A program made the position numbers and the translations under genes. Shown here piece by piece: positions 36,608-49,750 of a stretch of DNA of 51,969 nucleotides (the stretch's first letter is position 1; each line of letters opens with the position of its first letter). The DNA lies in assembly GCF_001194135.2 (NCBI RefSeq), contig NC_068981.1, forward strand, positions 23,135,116-23,187,084. The letters are read 5' to 3'. Source of the DNA: Octopus bimaculoides. Taxonomy: Eukaryota. The notes under the pieces were generated by a model. It worked only from the letters and a program-made list of their open reading frames with translations. It made no database searches and was not told the DNA's origin.

Positions 36608-36910
36608 GTGGAGGCGCAATGGCCCAGTGGTTAGGGCAGCGGATTCGCAGTCGGAGGATCGCGGTTTCGATTCCCAGACCGAGCGTTGTGTGTGTTTATT
36701 GAGCGAAAACACCTAAAGCTCCACGAAGCTCCAGCAGGGGGTGGTGGCGACCCCTGTTGTAATCTTTCGCCCCATCTTTCTCTCACTCTTTCTTTCTGCT
36801 TCTTGAGTAACGCCTCGATGGACTGGTGTCCCGTCCAGCTGGAGGGAACACATATGCCATAGAAACCGGGAAACTGGGCCCATGAGCCTGGCTATGTTTG
36901 AAAAGGGTGT
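36608..36910 (+). mobile_element. tRNA-derived SINE (head 1 / tail 2)
   Basis: The first ~190 nt match the 31580 family, then it switches to a GATGGACTGGTGTCCCGTCCAG..GAAACCGGG..ATGAGCC module. Confidence 0.8.
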
Positions 36911-36959
36911 GTAAAAAAAAGTTAAACCATTCAAGTTAAACGATTATTTGATTAACAGT

Positions 36960-37250
36960 CATCTACGTTCGTCGGAGTTTTTCGTCACCATTCATGACCT
37001 CATCAAGGACGTGCTTTCTAAGTTTTGTCATTTTCCCTATTTTTCTATCCTCGCTATATTTTTTTAACCATTCAGCTGACAACGTTAATGCCGGAGCATC
37101 TCACTACCAAAATAAGATATTGTCAGGTCTTAGCGACATAATTGCTGTCTAAAATAGGCATAACAAGTCCAAGACTGTTACTTGATGTCAGTAAACTTAG
37201 ATGCGTGAGGAGAGAAAATGTCTGAAATATCAGCCATACGATCTACGAAC
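36960..37250 (-). mobile_element. Possible highly decayed RTE-like LINE ORF2 3' fragment
   Basis: QLNG*KNIARI followed by a G..R.R-like segment resembles RTE QLRWLGHIARM..GRP..RW. Many stops. Confidence 0.25.
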
Positions 37251-37493
37251 TGATATTTGTAGACAGACGTTAAGTGTGCAAGGTTAATGGGTTTAGAAGG
37301 TGGAAAGGATGACTTGTAAGGTCGTAAGATATGTAGAATATACGTTCCTAAACGTTTCCTTTCTTAAGGGGCATTATATCTTGTTAAATTCATTGATGAC
37401 TATACACAGACATGACAGATGTAAATTAACACCATTATAATCATTAAAATTTATTTAAATCTGAAATTATACATTCAAATTATTTATTAATTG

Positions 37494-38345
37494 TTATAAT
37501 GTGAATAACTGATATTCAGTAGACAAGCTCTTTGCATTTTTCAGTGAAAGGACCCTATTAGGCATGTTACTGATCAGATGACGAATTTTCTCTTGCGGAA
37601 ATTTTTGCCAAGTTTCATGCCGTAAACTCAAGAGATCTGGCTTTGAAGATGCTTCCTTGTTCTTTTTAGGAAGTGTCTTGTCCATTATGTCCTATTATGG
37701 TGACTGACTTTTTAATGCCATTCTCATCTAACAAATCTTGGGTCATGTTAGCCGTGTGATAAAGAGCCCCATCTTCCATAAATAGTCTTCTTTAATAATT
37801 TTACCACTGGAGAAGATTGGAAGGAGTTCTTTCTGCAATATGGACATATATTTATCTGAATTTGCTTCCCTCATACTCCACCAGCTCTGATCAACCATTG
37901 CTCCAAATTTCTCCCCAGATCATCACAGAATAGTTGTGTGTTTCATTGTTAGTTGCAATCTTTTCACATCAAATTCTTGATTACAGAGTCTTCAGACCCA
38001 CACTCGATCACTGTTAGAAAATACAGCAAATCTGGACTCATCAGAGAATACGACAGTGTCCCAAAATGCTAATGACCTCTCCACCATCTCACTGGCCCAA
38101 TCTTTTCTCCGCTTGATGTTGGCTGGTCGAAAAAGTGGCTTACTTTTTGCTGCTCTGCTATTGTAACCAAGTTTATGGAGATACCTGACAGCTGTTCTGG
38201 AACTGATATCAATTTGTTCTGCTATGTTAGAGACCTTGCAACGAGGATTATCCTCCACACTTCTTTTAACAAAGAGAAAGGTCCTGTCAGAGGGCTTTGA
38301 TTGATCTGGGCGAGGTGATGTAGACTCCTTCTTCTCTCCAGCGAA
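37494..38345 (-). mobile_element. Tc1-family transposase remnant
   Basis: HTH region (VEDNPRCKVSNIAEQIDISSRTAVRYLHKLGY), first catalytic D in VVFSDESRF, second in FMEDGALYHTA, and a C-terminus LISNMPNRVLSLKNAKSLSTEY. Frameshifted, with an internal deletion. Confidence 0.88.
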
Positions 38346-38359
38346 TCGCACACTTACTC

Positions 38360-38525
38360 TCTTAACCGGATTGATCCCAAAATCTAATCAGTTAATGCCA
38401 GTTACGAGACCAAACACCTCTGAAAGTTTCAACCAAATCCATCCAGCGGTTCTTTAGATATCTTGTCCACGGACAAACAAACACAACTGAAAACAATACC
38501 TCGGCTTTTGCTAAGGCGGATGTAA
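38360..38525 (+). mobile_element. Possible non-autonomous Helentron (HINE/DINE-like) fragment
   Basis: AAAGTTTCAACCAAATCCATCCAGCGGTTCTTTAGATATC..ACAAACAAAC..GAAAACAATACCTCGGC..GGCGGATGTAA with a 3' hairpin-like end. It abuts the truncated Tc1 5' end. Family assignment from memory. Confidence 0.35.
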
Positions 38526-39423
38526 TAAAACAATAAACAAAGAAATTAAAACATACATATTCCAGTTTTGTTATTAATTTGATAAGAATAATGGTAAAGT
38601 TGACTGGAAAGTTTGCCGCCAGGTTAGAAAAAACTTTCCATAGCTCAATAGAAGTGTAAATGGTGATTACGTTTAGGAATTTTTTTTACACTAATCACGT
38701 GCTTAAGGCCTGATTGTGAGTCTAAGGTATTTGCATAGAACGCTTGTCATTTAGATGGCTTAGATTTCAATAGCCAATGAAAACTGGCGCTCATCATCGA
38801 TTAACGCTAAACTGGCACGAAATTTCATAAACTCTAAAAATCTACTCACTGGAGATTATATACGAAGTTAATTTTCCAAGAGTACCACGTCTTGAGGGAA
38901 CGTCTATGAGATTGCTTGACGTGTCGGAAATAGAAATGAGCTCTTCCTCAAATCTCAATGTTATAGGAAGGACAAATCTTATGAGAAGGACAGATTCGGT
39001 AATGTAGTTCAAGATATACTATGTCTAAATAAGATGGGACAAGGGCGTAGCTAGAGTGTGTGCCGACGGGGGCAGCTATTGAGTTTTCTACCTTGCCGGG
39101 CTTCCAAGCGTATTCAGAATTATGTAGCAGACCCAAAAGTAGTGCATTCATAAAAGCGTCACTCGGGATGGACTGCCCCCTCATCCCTCCTTAGCTACGC
39201 AGCTGAAATGTGATGGTGAAGGCTGGAATGATTTTGCTCCTAGGTCTGTTCTCTTAGAATCCACACAATCAGTTTCCGTTATTCTGTTTTAAAAATAATT
39301 ACGTCTTTAATCTAAGCAAGACGATAAAGTACAAAATGTAGTTTATAAACCAGCAATAAATTTAATACTCAGCATTCCGGAGAAGATCTAAAGTAGGAAT
39401 CTGTTTGACTACTTACGTAACTA

Positions 39424-39855
39424 TTAGGTTGTCAGATAAATTTATTCGTTTTTTATCCATCCATCCATCCATCCATCCATCCATCCATCCATCCATCCAT
39501 CCATCCATCCATCCATCCATCCATCCATCCATCCATCCANNNNNNNNNNNNNNNNNNNNNNNNNNNNNNNNNNNNNNNNNNNNNNNNNNNNNNNNNNATC
39601 GATCGATCGTAATATTTTCCAATGTTATTTGAATTAGCACGAAAGATATTTTTATCGTAGCATTTTAATTTTAATTTTATTCATTTTTTTTTATTTCTTA
39701 TTATTATTCTGCTACAACTACTGTTTATTGTTTTCGAAATTTGAATAAATCGTACCTCATTTCACACATGTGACGACGGAGTGCCGAGCAGAAAAAAAAA
39801 CAAAACAAAAACAAAAACAAAAACAAAAAACGAACGAATTTATCTGACAACCCAA
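39424..39855. mobile_element. Mariner-type TIR pair enclosing a (CCAT)n array and a gap
   Basis: TA|TTAGGTTGTCAGATAAATTTATTCGTTTTTT on the left versus reverse complement TTGGGTTGTCAGATAAATTCGTTCGTTTTTT on the right. Confidence 0.6.
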
Positions 39856-41461
39856 TTTCCCACTTTGACTAGAGTAATTTATTTCTCCGCTTTTTGACTT
39901 ACATTTCAGTTTCTTTTTCTGAATGTCGTAAAATCATTTTATCATCTTTGTAGATTTGTTAATTGAATGTAGATAAAAAAAATTAAAAAAAAGATAGGAA
40001 TATGGAAGAGAGTAACATTCCCCTCACCCCTCCTTTTTTCATGTTACCCTTAAGGGAACACTTGACTTACATTATTGAAATAGCTGATACAACACACTAC
40101 CTCAAGTTACAGTTATTGGAATATTTAAACTCATATTACATAATAGAATATTAGATTATTTAAAGTTTCTGGGTGGTAAATACTTCTTCGCAGTCTCAGG
40201 CCAATTCAGACTACAGTCTCGAGGGTTTTAGGAAATTGGTAAACCGTTTAATTCTGAAAGATTGAAAAATAAAATGAGGGACAAAAAAAAAAAGGGAAAC
40301 AATTTATCTCAATGTGTGTTTATGGGCGAGCGAGTAAAATTCTGGTACATGGCTAATGTCAGCTGAGGATGAATATAACTATATCAATTGGAACTCTTAA
40401 GTCATAAAATTTGATACTCTTTATATATGAGATATGAGAAATGTTTGATCCATTAACTGAAATTCCTTTGTAAAAATGTACCGAGTTACATTCTTTATGA
40501 ATAGAGTTTTGTTTTCCATTCAATATTTCGAAAATAAACAGTAGGAATTGAAAAACCTCGTGGCAAACTTTTGTGTGATAATTTGATAAAATAAATATAA
40601 TGGGTCTCTGTCGTTCGTCGATCAGGTTTCAGTTGCTTAGTCAACTAAATTATCTGTTTCTGGATTAATGTGAAAGTGGCTGAGTATTCCACATCCACGT
40701 GCAATGTTAATGTAATTCTCAAGCAGACAATGCAGCGTAACACAACTGTGTAACAAGACCGTTTTGGAATGTCAAGTGCAATACACTTGAGAGGATTCTA
40801 TACAGTTTCCGTCTATCTGATTTCACTCGCAAAGTATGGCTCGACTCGAAGCTATAGCAAATGGCATTTTCCCAAAATGCCATGCAGTGGGATCGAACAC
40901 ATGACCTCATAGTTGCACAGCAAACTTCTTAATCATTCAGCCATACTGTACCTACAGATAAAATAAGTACTAGTCAAGTAGATCGATTACACGTTGTACC
41001 AAAATTTGAACCTTGTGCCATTTCTAGTTATTTAGGGGACGGTGAATGGAAAAGTCAGTACATCATCTGACAAAATTATCTTTTTTTCATCCTTTAGTTA
41101 CAAAGAAATGTAATGTCTTTGACCCCTTACGAGTCCTTCAGAACTGGTGAAAGAGAGGGACGAAGTTAGCCTCAAATCGAAGACCTGCCTGAATGCTCGC
41201 TTGAGACTGGAGTCTACAAAATGTATCCAAGGATCAGGTGATAGTGTTAGACTGGGTGACAGATTAATTCTACAATTCATGTAGGCCATGAGTTGTAGGC
41301 TTCAAAACGTGATGAGCCGAAACAAGTATTGCACAAGACATCTTACCAAACCCTCTGGCAGTAACTCTAATTCACCAACTAAAATTAGTACATTTTCTCA
41401 TCGACATCGAAAGGATGGACGCAAAATTGGCCTTAGCAGGATTTGAACTCAGAGTATAAAG

Positions 41462-41814
41462 AGTTAGAATACCACAAGGTATTTTGTCTAATGATCTAGC
41501 GACTCTGCCAATTCGTTAGCTGATGTCTGCTCCCTCTGCATCTTCTACTGCTACTACGTGGTTTTTGTTACACAGAACCATCAGGTGATCTCATGTCATT
41601 TCCACAAGGTTTGCTAGTCAACTCTCTCGTCTCTCACCTTTGAGTTTGTGACTCGAATCCCGCCTAAGATCCAATATGAATCACTTTTGCCGAGCCTTCC
41701 TTTCCAGAACTTCTTTTCTGTTCAAGATATTCCTGCAGCTATCACGATACAATTGGCTAACGAATTGGCAGAGTCGCTAGATCATTAGACAAAATACCTT
41801 GTGGTATTCTAACT
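41462..41814. repeat. Perfect 59-bp inverted repeat with a 235-bp spacer
   Basis: 41462-41520 is the exact reverse complement of 41756-41814. Confidence 0.95.
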
Positions 41815-42418
41815 AAAGGACAATATGAACTGTACCGATCTTACCTATTACGGTAGGTCCCCGAAAACCGTTTACATTGAGCCTTTCTATAAAACAAAGA
41901 AGGGAAGAAAAGGTTTGATTTCAAATTTCCCTGGAGCAACTTGCTTTCAAATCCTTTGAGGTTGGTGAGTCGATAAAATAAAGCTAGTAATATACCAGAA
42001 GTAGTATGGAATCGACTCACCTCTATCATAACACAGTGGTTGTTTTCATTAATGTAAGATATTTAGACAACAGTGGAGGGCAATACCTACGACGTATACA
42101 GAGTTTTCTTCAGACTAGTGATGCCAATGCATTTGGAAGGGTCTCAGTTAAAATATGGTCAGATATATTTATCTCTTGATAGATGTGTTTGTACGCTTTA
42201 TTTAAAGAAAAGGTATTATTCTTATTAGCATAAATATATGATTATATTACTAACATAATGAATAATTATTGATATTATGTTTTTTAAGATTTAAAATAAT
42301 GTATTTGATTACATAAATGTCACCTTGGTCCCTCTTACTGATTGCATCGCCCGTTTGGTAAAAAGAAAAAAAAAAAAGAAGGTATCTTCAAAGTTTGGTC
42401 GTAATATAACATTACGCA

Positions 42419-42850
42419 TAAGGCAGCGAGCTGGCAGAAACGTTAGCACTCTTGACGAAATGCTTAGCGGTATTTCGTCTGCCACTGCGTTCTGAGTTCA
42501 AATTCCGCCGAGGTCGACTTTGCCTTTCATCCTTTCGGGATCGATAAATTAAGTACCAGTTACGCACTGGGGTAGATGTAATCGATTTAATACCTTTGTC
42601 TGTCCTTGTTTGTCCCCTCTATGTTTAGCCCCTTGTGGGCAATAAAGAAATAAGAAACGTTAGCACGCCGGGCGAAATGCTTAGCGGTATTTCGTCTGTC
42701 TTTTCGTTCTGAGTTAAAATTCCGCTGAGGTCGACTTTGCCTTTCATCCTTTCGGGATCGATAAATTAAGTACCAGTTGCGTACTGAGGTTGATCTAATC
42801 GACTGGCTCCCACTCCCCGAAAATTTCGGGCCTTGTGCCTAGAGTAGAAA
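42419..42850 (+). mobile_element. SINE family B tandem dimer
   Basis: Two head-to-tail units joined at AATAAGAA|ACGTTAGC, with different 3' tails. Confidence 0.85.
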
Positions 42851-44388
42851 TGAACATAACATTATGTATTAAATATCTGACTGGCAGACATTTAAATCTA
42901 GTCAGTTGTGCAAATTATCATTTTTATACATTTATATTAAAATTTCATTCTAATGTTATCACGTATACGGTATTTCACAAAAAATCAATCAACTAAAGTT
43001 ATTTCACCATTACTATTTTCAACCAATTTCAATAATTTATTAATTTACTTTTCGGTAAGAATTTATTTATGAATTAAGTTTTAAATATCCTACACGGCTT
43101 TTAAGAAAAAAATTAACCAGAAAATTGCAAGTTAAGCAACTTGATCCATTCTGATTCCATATTTAATAATTTCATTAAGCAGAACATAATTTGGTACACA
43201 ATGGTGCCTGTTCGTGTTAGCTCGGACATATTTTTATTTATGTTCTATTTATTTCAGTCATTGAACTGCGGCCATGCTGGGACACCGCCTTAAAAGGTTT
43301 AGTCGATCAAATCGTCCCCGGTGCTTATATTTTTAATTGTAGAACTTATTCTGTCAGTTTCTTTNNNNNNNNNNNNNNNNNNNTTACAGATACAAAGACA
43401 CAGACGCACATACACGCATATGCATATGTGCAACGGGCTTCCACACAGTTTCCTATTTTTTTACTGCCCACAAGGAGCTACACACAGAGGGGACAAACAA
43501 GGACAGACAAACGGATTAAATCGATAATATCGACGTCAGTGCGTAACTGGTACTTAATTTTTCGACCCCGAAAGGATGAAAGGCAAAGTCGACCTCGGCA
43601 GAATTTGAACTCAGGACGTAAAGACAGATGAAACATTGCTAAGCATTTCGCCCGGCATGCTAACGTTTCTGCCAGCTCGTCGTCTAACAAATTCACTCAT
43701 AGCATAGTTATTAGTCGGCCTGGGGCTTTGATAGAAAACACTTGCCCAAGGTTGTCACGCAGTGGAACTGAACTGGAAACCACATGGTTGCATTGCAAAG
43801 CGACCATCTTAACGATGCAAAGACATAAACCTAAATGTATTATGATTCTGAAAAAGTTAAATAAAAAGAAGAAGAAAAAGAAAAGACGCAGTCACCAAAA
43901 CTAAGTTAGCAATAACATACTTAATTCTTGGAACATTACAAATCTAACTGGAAGTAAATAAGCGGAGAGGAAAAAAATCGATATTAGTGCATGGTATCTG
44001 TTAGAGAAAGAACCAGTCATGAACCGAGGGAGAAGAGAATACGAGGAATATAATGTGATAAACATTTCAATAAATTTAACTGGAACATGGTTTTATGAAA
44101 TAACTGCCGTGTGTAAATGGTACAGATAACGTGAAATATATAACTTTCAAGAGAATTAGGTGGACAGCCTGAATATATGATTTCTGATTCTTGCAGACGT
44201 TTCAATCGTCTGGCTTTATGTATACACACATACATACAAACGCACGCACAGACATATACACTCTTACGCGCATACGCATAAAGGAACTCGCGCGCGTATA
44301 TATATATATATATATATGCACACACACACATACACACAAACATGCATATACAGGGGCACGTCTCTAAATGCAAACACACACACACACA

Positions 44389-44419
<31 letters not shown>

Positions 44420-44939
44420 CCGTATATGTAACGCACATATGCACCTACACATATGCACATCTATATACACAAACACACACATACACTCACAAAACACACG
44501 CGCATACACATATATATGCACATATGCACATATGTACATGTGTACACATGAACATACTTAGGTACTTCTGCACACACACACACACACACACAAACACTGA
44601 TGACACATAAACAAACACAGATGACTCATAAACAAACGCTAACACACATATGTATAAACATACACATATACACAAACACACACTGATACATATATACATA
44701 GTGAAACATGCATAGATGCGCATCAAAATGCATTCAAATATACACATGCGCGCGCATAAACAAGCAAATTTACACGCAGATTCACATCCACATAAAGATA
44801 CACTCATACACAAACATGTACAAGATACGCACACATACAGAAATCCATGCATACTCACACATGAAAACATATAGTCACAGAGAGAATTCTCCTCCCTACA
44901 CAGTATACACACTTACGCACACATATATGTATACGCTGC

Positions 44940-45017
<78 letters not shown>

Positions 45018-45319
45018 AAAATGTAACATGGATGAAACGTGAAGAAAAATACAAATAAATCAAAAAGAAGATCAAACACAAAAGCAAAACGAAACAGGCG
45101 TAAAGAAATTTGATAAAATAAATTGTAGTAATAAAACAATTGGATAAGATGTCAGTAAGCTAAGAACGTCTGGAGATCGTCGTATACATAAACTACATAA
45201 ACGCATATACACAAATATGCATACATACATATGTACATATATACACACATACTCACGCGAGCGCACTCACACATACACACACACTCACTCATATGCATAT
45301 CTATCTATCTATTTATATA

Positions 45320-45426
<107 letters not shown>

Positions 45427-45927
45427 GCAGTCTGAGTACTGAAATAAATTAAAGAATAAAAGAATATATAGGCGCAGGTATAGCACCGAGTCGACTAATG
45501 CTTTGTGAGTAATTTTGGCAGATTGAAACTGCTTGGAAGCCTTTCAAGCGGCTTATTTTCCTCATTTCCACTGTTTTTCAATTAGTGTTGGTTTGTTTTC
45601 GTCTCCGTAACTTAGCATTTCGGCAATAGAATGCGATAGAATAAATACCAGACTTAGAAAGAAAAAGACACGAACTAGGGGCGATTTGTTCAACTAATCC
45701 CGTCAGAGCAGAGCCTCAGCATGGCCGTAGTTCAATGACTAAAACCGGTGAAAGATAATACAATTGTTAGCTCTCCCTCTCTCTTTCTCACACACACACA
45801 CACGCACACATTTTTTTATATTTATATTTGTGTACAGGCATGTATGCTTGCTCGTATGTTTATTTTCATGTATGTATATATTATGAATGAATGTATCTAT
45901 GTAATGTATGCGTTTTGTGTAAATCAA

Positions 45928-45958
<31 letters not shown>

Positions 45959-46166
45959 CTTACAAAGGGTAAATATCCAGAAACCTGGGTCCGTGCGTAT
46001 CGCGTCAGGTCGACGATGGGAAGGATGACTTCCCTTTGGAAATACTGATAGGGCACAGAAAGTGTGTCAATAGCCTGCTGGAGGAGATGTTTTCCTGGGG
46101 CTACAAGCTATAGTAGCATCCACCCTTAGTGGTTAGCCGCATTTAAGTGGCAAATATACTTCACGT

Positions 46167-46228
<62 letters not shown>

Positions 46229-46739
46229 AACAGAAGAATACACGTTGTTTTACTGACACAGGTAAAAAACAGAGATAAAGAAAACAAATCAAAACAATGA
46301 AAGAAATCTAAAAACCAACTAACCCCTTACATCAAGTCCAGGGCTTTAAAAAATTCTTGATTTATTAATAGGAAATTTGTTACTGAGAAATAACACAGAA
46401 TAACGTGAGAAGATAGGAGAGTATTAATGACAAGTGCTGAGGAGATAGATGATGATGGAAAGAATAGAAAGAAACGGCGAAAGAAAGTGGTTTATTGTCA
46501 ACTATAAAATGGAAATAAAATGGCGGATTTGATGGCGTCGAAGTTTTTAAAATTTAAATATTAGAAATAATTACAGTAGAGTTAGATGTTGTGATTAGGA
46601 TAAACTATTACGGGGATATTGAATATTACTGTCTTGTTGAAGAAGGAAGGGAGACAACCACGATCATGAGCGGAAATATACATTTTGCCATTGGTTTATT
46701 TCTCCGTACTAATAAATAATAAATGAATAAATAAATAAA

Positions 46740-46980
46740 AGAACAAAAGTTCTTCCCGAGCCATTGGCTCATAAAGCCGGTTTCTCGGATTTTGTGGCGT
46801 GTATACAAACCCCTGGACGGGACGCCGGTCCGTCGTAGGATTATTCACTTTTACCATCTGGGTGCACTGGAGTAATGTGAAATGAAGTGTTTTGCTCAAG
46901 AACACTGCGCATCGCCCAGTCCAGGAAACGAACCACCATCTTACGATCATGAATGAAACAACGTAGCCACTAAGTCACGT
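46740..46980 (-). mobile_element. CORE-like SINE (head 2 / tail 2)
   Basis: tRNA-like head, then GTGTTCTTGAGCAAAACACTTCATTTCAC (CORE-like), then GACGGACCGGCGTCCCGTCCAGGGG..GAAACCGGC..ATGAGCC. Confidence 0.75.
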
Positions 46981-47757
46981 GTCCCTAAACTAATGAGTTT
47001 ATTATACAGAAATATTTGTAATGGAACATTCTATGCTCTGGGAAATGTGACTAATTGATAAATTAATTAATTTAATTATAAAGGGGCGCTAACCGCATAT
47101 TTATGTAATAAAATATAATAAAATAAAATGGGATTAGTTCCGGTATGTCAAGCGTTGCATATAACATCGGGATTACATAAACACACAGTCAACAACCCTT
47201 TATAATTGAGACTTACACACATATACACAGGCATACAGCCACACCGCATACTGACACCCATACACACACACATAAAAGTACACTCGCAAATACTCATAGG
47301 CACAAATACACGAGCAGATCTACTCATTTAGAGAAGGCTCAAAATTAAACAGCAACAGCAAAAATGATTCCAAATTTTGGCACAAGGCCAGGATTTCCGG
47401 CGGGGTGGTGGGTGGAAGCCGATTACTTCGATCCCAGTGCTCAACTGATATCTGTTTATCGATGCTGAAAGGATGAAAAGCAAAGTCGACCTCGGTGGCA
47501 TTTGAACTCAACGTATAGACGGACGAAATACCGCTAAGCATTTTGTCCGGCGCCATAATGATTCTGCTAGCTCACCATCGTTAGGTTATATTTAATATCG
47601 GTTTCAAAATTTGGCACAGAGCCAGCAACTTCAGGGGAGGGGTAAGTCGATTACATGGACCCCACTCTTCAAGTGGTACCTATTTTATCGACTACCAAAA
47701 GATGACCAAAATATTAATTAAATATAACTTGCTTTTAATACGCTATAAAGCAAAAAT

Positions 47758-48145
47758 TGTTGTTGTTGGCACTCCATCGCTTACGACGACGAGGGTTCCA
47801 GTTGATCCGATCAACGGAACAGCCTGCTCGTGAAATTAACGTGCAAGTGGCTGAGCACTCCACAGACACGTGTACCCTTAACGTAGTTCTCGGGGAGATT
47901 CAGCGTGATACAGTGTGACAAGGCTGACCCTTTGAATTACAGGCACAACAGAAACAGGAAGTAAGAGTGAGAGAAAGTTGTGGTGGAAGAGTACAGCAAG
48001 GTTCGCCACCATCCTCTGCCGGAGCCTCGTGGAGCTTTAGGTGTTTTCGCTCAGTAAACACTCACAACGCCCGGTCTGGGAATCGAAACCGCGATCCTAT
48101 GACCGCGAGTCCGCTGCCCTAACCACTGGGCCATTGCGCCTCCAC
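47758..48145 (-). mobile_element. tRNA-derived SINE (head 1 / tail 1), full length
   Basis: Highly similar to the 31580-31966 copy. Imperfect TSD AGCAAA(A/C)AT. Confidence 0.9.
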
Positions 48146-49336
48146 ACAGCAAACATATATACGTCTATTAGCTGTAATGCTTGCATATGTACAAATTGAT
48201 AACGTAATAGCCACACGTTTATTAGAACCAATGAACAGTTAGCAGCCATTTTCCCTCATCACTCTAAACACCCTCACTACCACTGCGTATTCCATTTTAT
48301 TGGGTGTTGTCATTGGTGTTGAATATTCATTGAGAATTTAAGAGTTTTCGAGGAAGGTTTTGGTTGTCATTAGAAATTAAGTGCAATAATTTTAAATGCT
48401 GCTAGCCTTTACGGTTCATTTGCCTATTTTTATTAAAGATTTTATATTGCTAAGTGCATAACACCAATCCCTTTTGCAAGGGCCAATTGTATTAAAAGGA
48501 AAAAGACTTGTAAGCGAAAGTTCTTCGTTCGATGAAAAATGAACAGATAATTACTTCTCCAAAACAGTAAATGGATAATGGATTTTAGCTGTAAAGATTC
48601 GATTGTAGTTACAAAAAAACAGTACAATTTTGAATACCAAAATCAGCCAAGCATACGGAATGCAAACAAAACTGAAAGGGACTTTAAGACAACATGGCAT
48701 TTTTAAAAGAGTCTTCATGCAAACAATAATCTAATTTCAAAAGGGATTTCAAAGAAAATACTTCAATACCCAGGCNNNNNNNNNNNNNNNNNNNNNNNNN
48801 NNNNNNNNNNNNNNNNNNNNNNNNNNNNNNNNNNNNNNNNNNNNNNNNNNNNNNNNNNNNNNNNNNNNNNNNNNNNNNNNNNNNNNNNNNNNNNNNNNNN
48901 NNNNNNNNNNNNNNNNNNNNNNNNNNNNNNNNNNNNNNNNNNNNNNNNNNNNNNNNNNNNNNNNNNNNNNNNNNNNNNNNNNNNNNNNNNNNNNNNNNNN
49001 NNNNNNNNNNNNNNNNNNNNNNNNNNNNNNNNNNNNNNNNNNNNNNNNNNNNNNNNNNNNNNNNNNNNNNNNNNNNNNNNNNNNNNNNNNNNNNNNNNNN
49101 NNNNNNNNNNNNNNNNNNNNNNNNNNNNNNNNNNNNNNNNNNNNNNNNNNNNNNNNNNNNNNNNNNNNNNNNNNNNNNNNNNNNNNNNNNNNNNNNNNNN
49201 NNNNNNNNNNNNNNNNNNNNNNNNNNNNNNNNNNNNNNNNNNNNNNNNNNNNNNNNNNNNNNNNNNNNNNNNNNNNNNNNNNNNNNNNNNNNNNNNNNNN
49301 NNNNNNNNNNNNNNNNNNNNNNNNNNNNNNNNNNNN

Positions 49337-49391
<55 letters not shown>

Positions 49392-49472
49392 GTATGTATA
49401 AATGTCCACTTTAGTGGTCAACGTTATATATAAAAATATATGTATGTATATATCTATATCTATATCTATATC

Positions 49473-49570
<98 letters not shown>

Positions 49571-49717
49571 TGTATGTATGTATGTATGTATGTATGCATG
49601 TATGTATGTANNNNNNNNNNTGTGTGTGTGTTTCTGTGTGTATGTATGTAATACCACAGCACTCTTAGATATGTATGTATGTATATATGTATGTATGTAT
49701 ATATATGTGTGTGTGGA

Positions 49718-49750
<33 letters not shown>

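Noticed and set aside
39040-39205. Short element with GCGTAGCTA / TAGCTACGC inverted ends
   Set aside because: Probably an old MITE, but the TIR is only about 9 bp and no TSD is visible.
41098-41289. Coding-looking unique stretch with a plus-strand acceptor
   Set aside because: All three plus frames stop within about 25 codons, and the minus ORF is unrecognisable.
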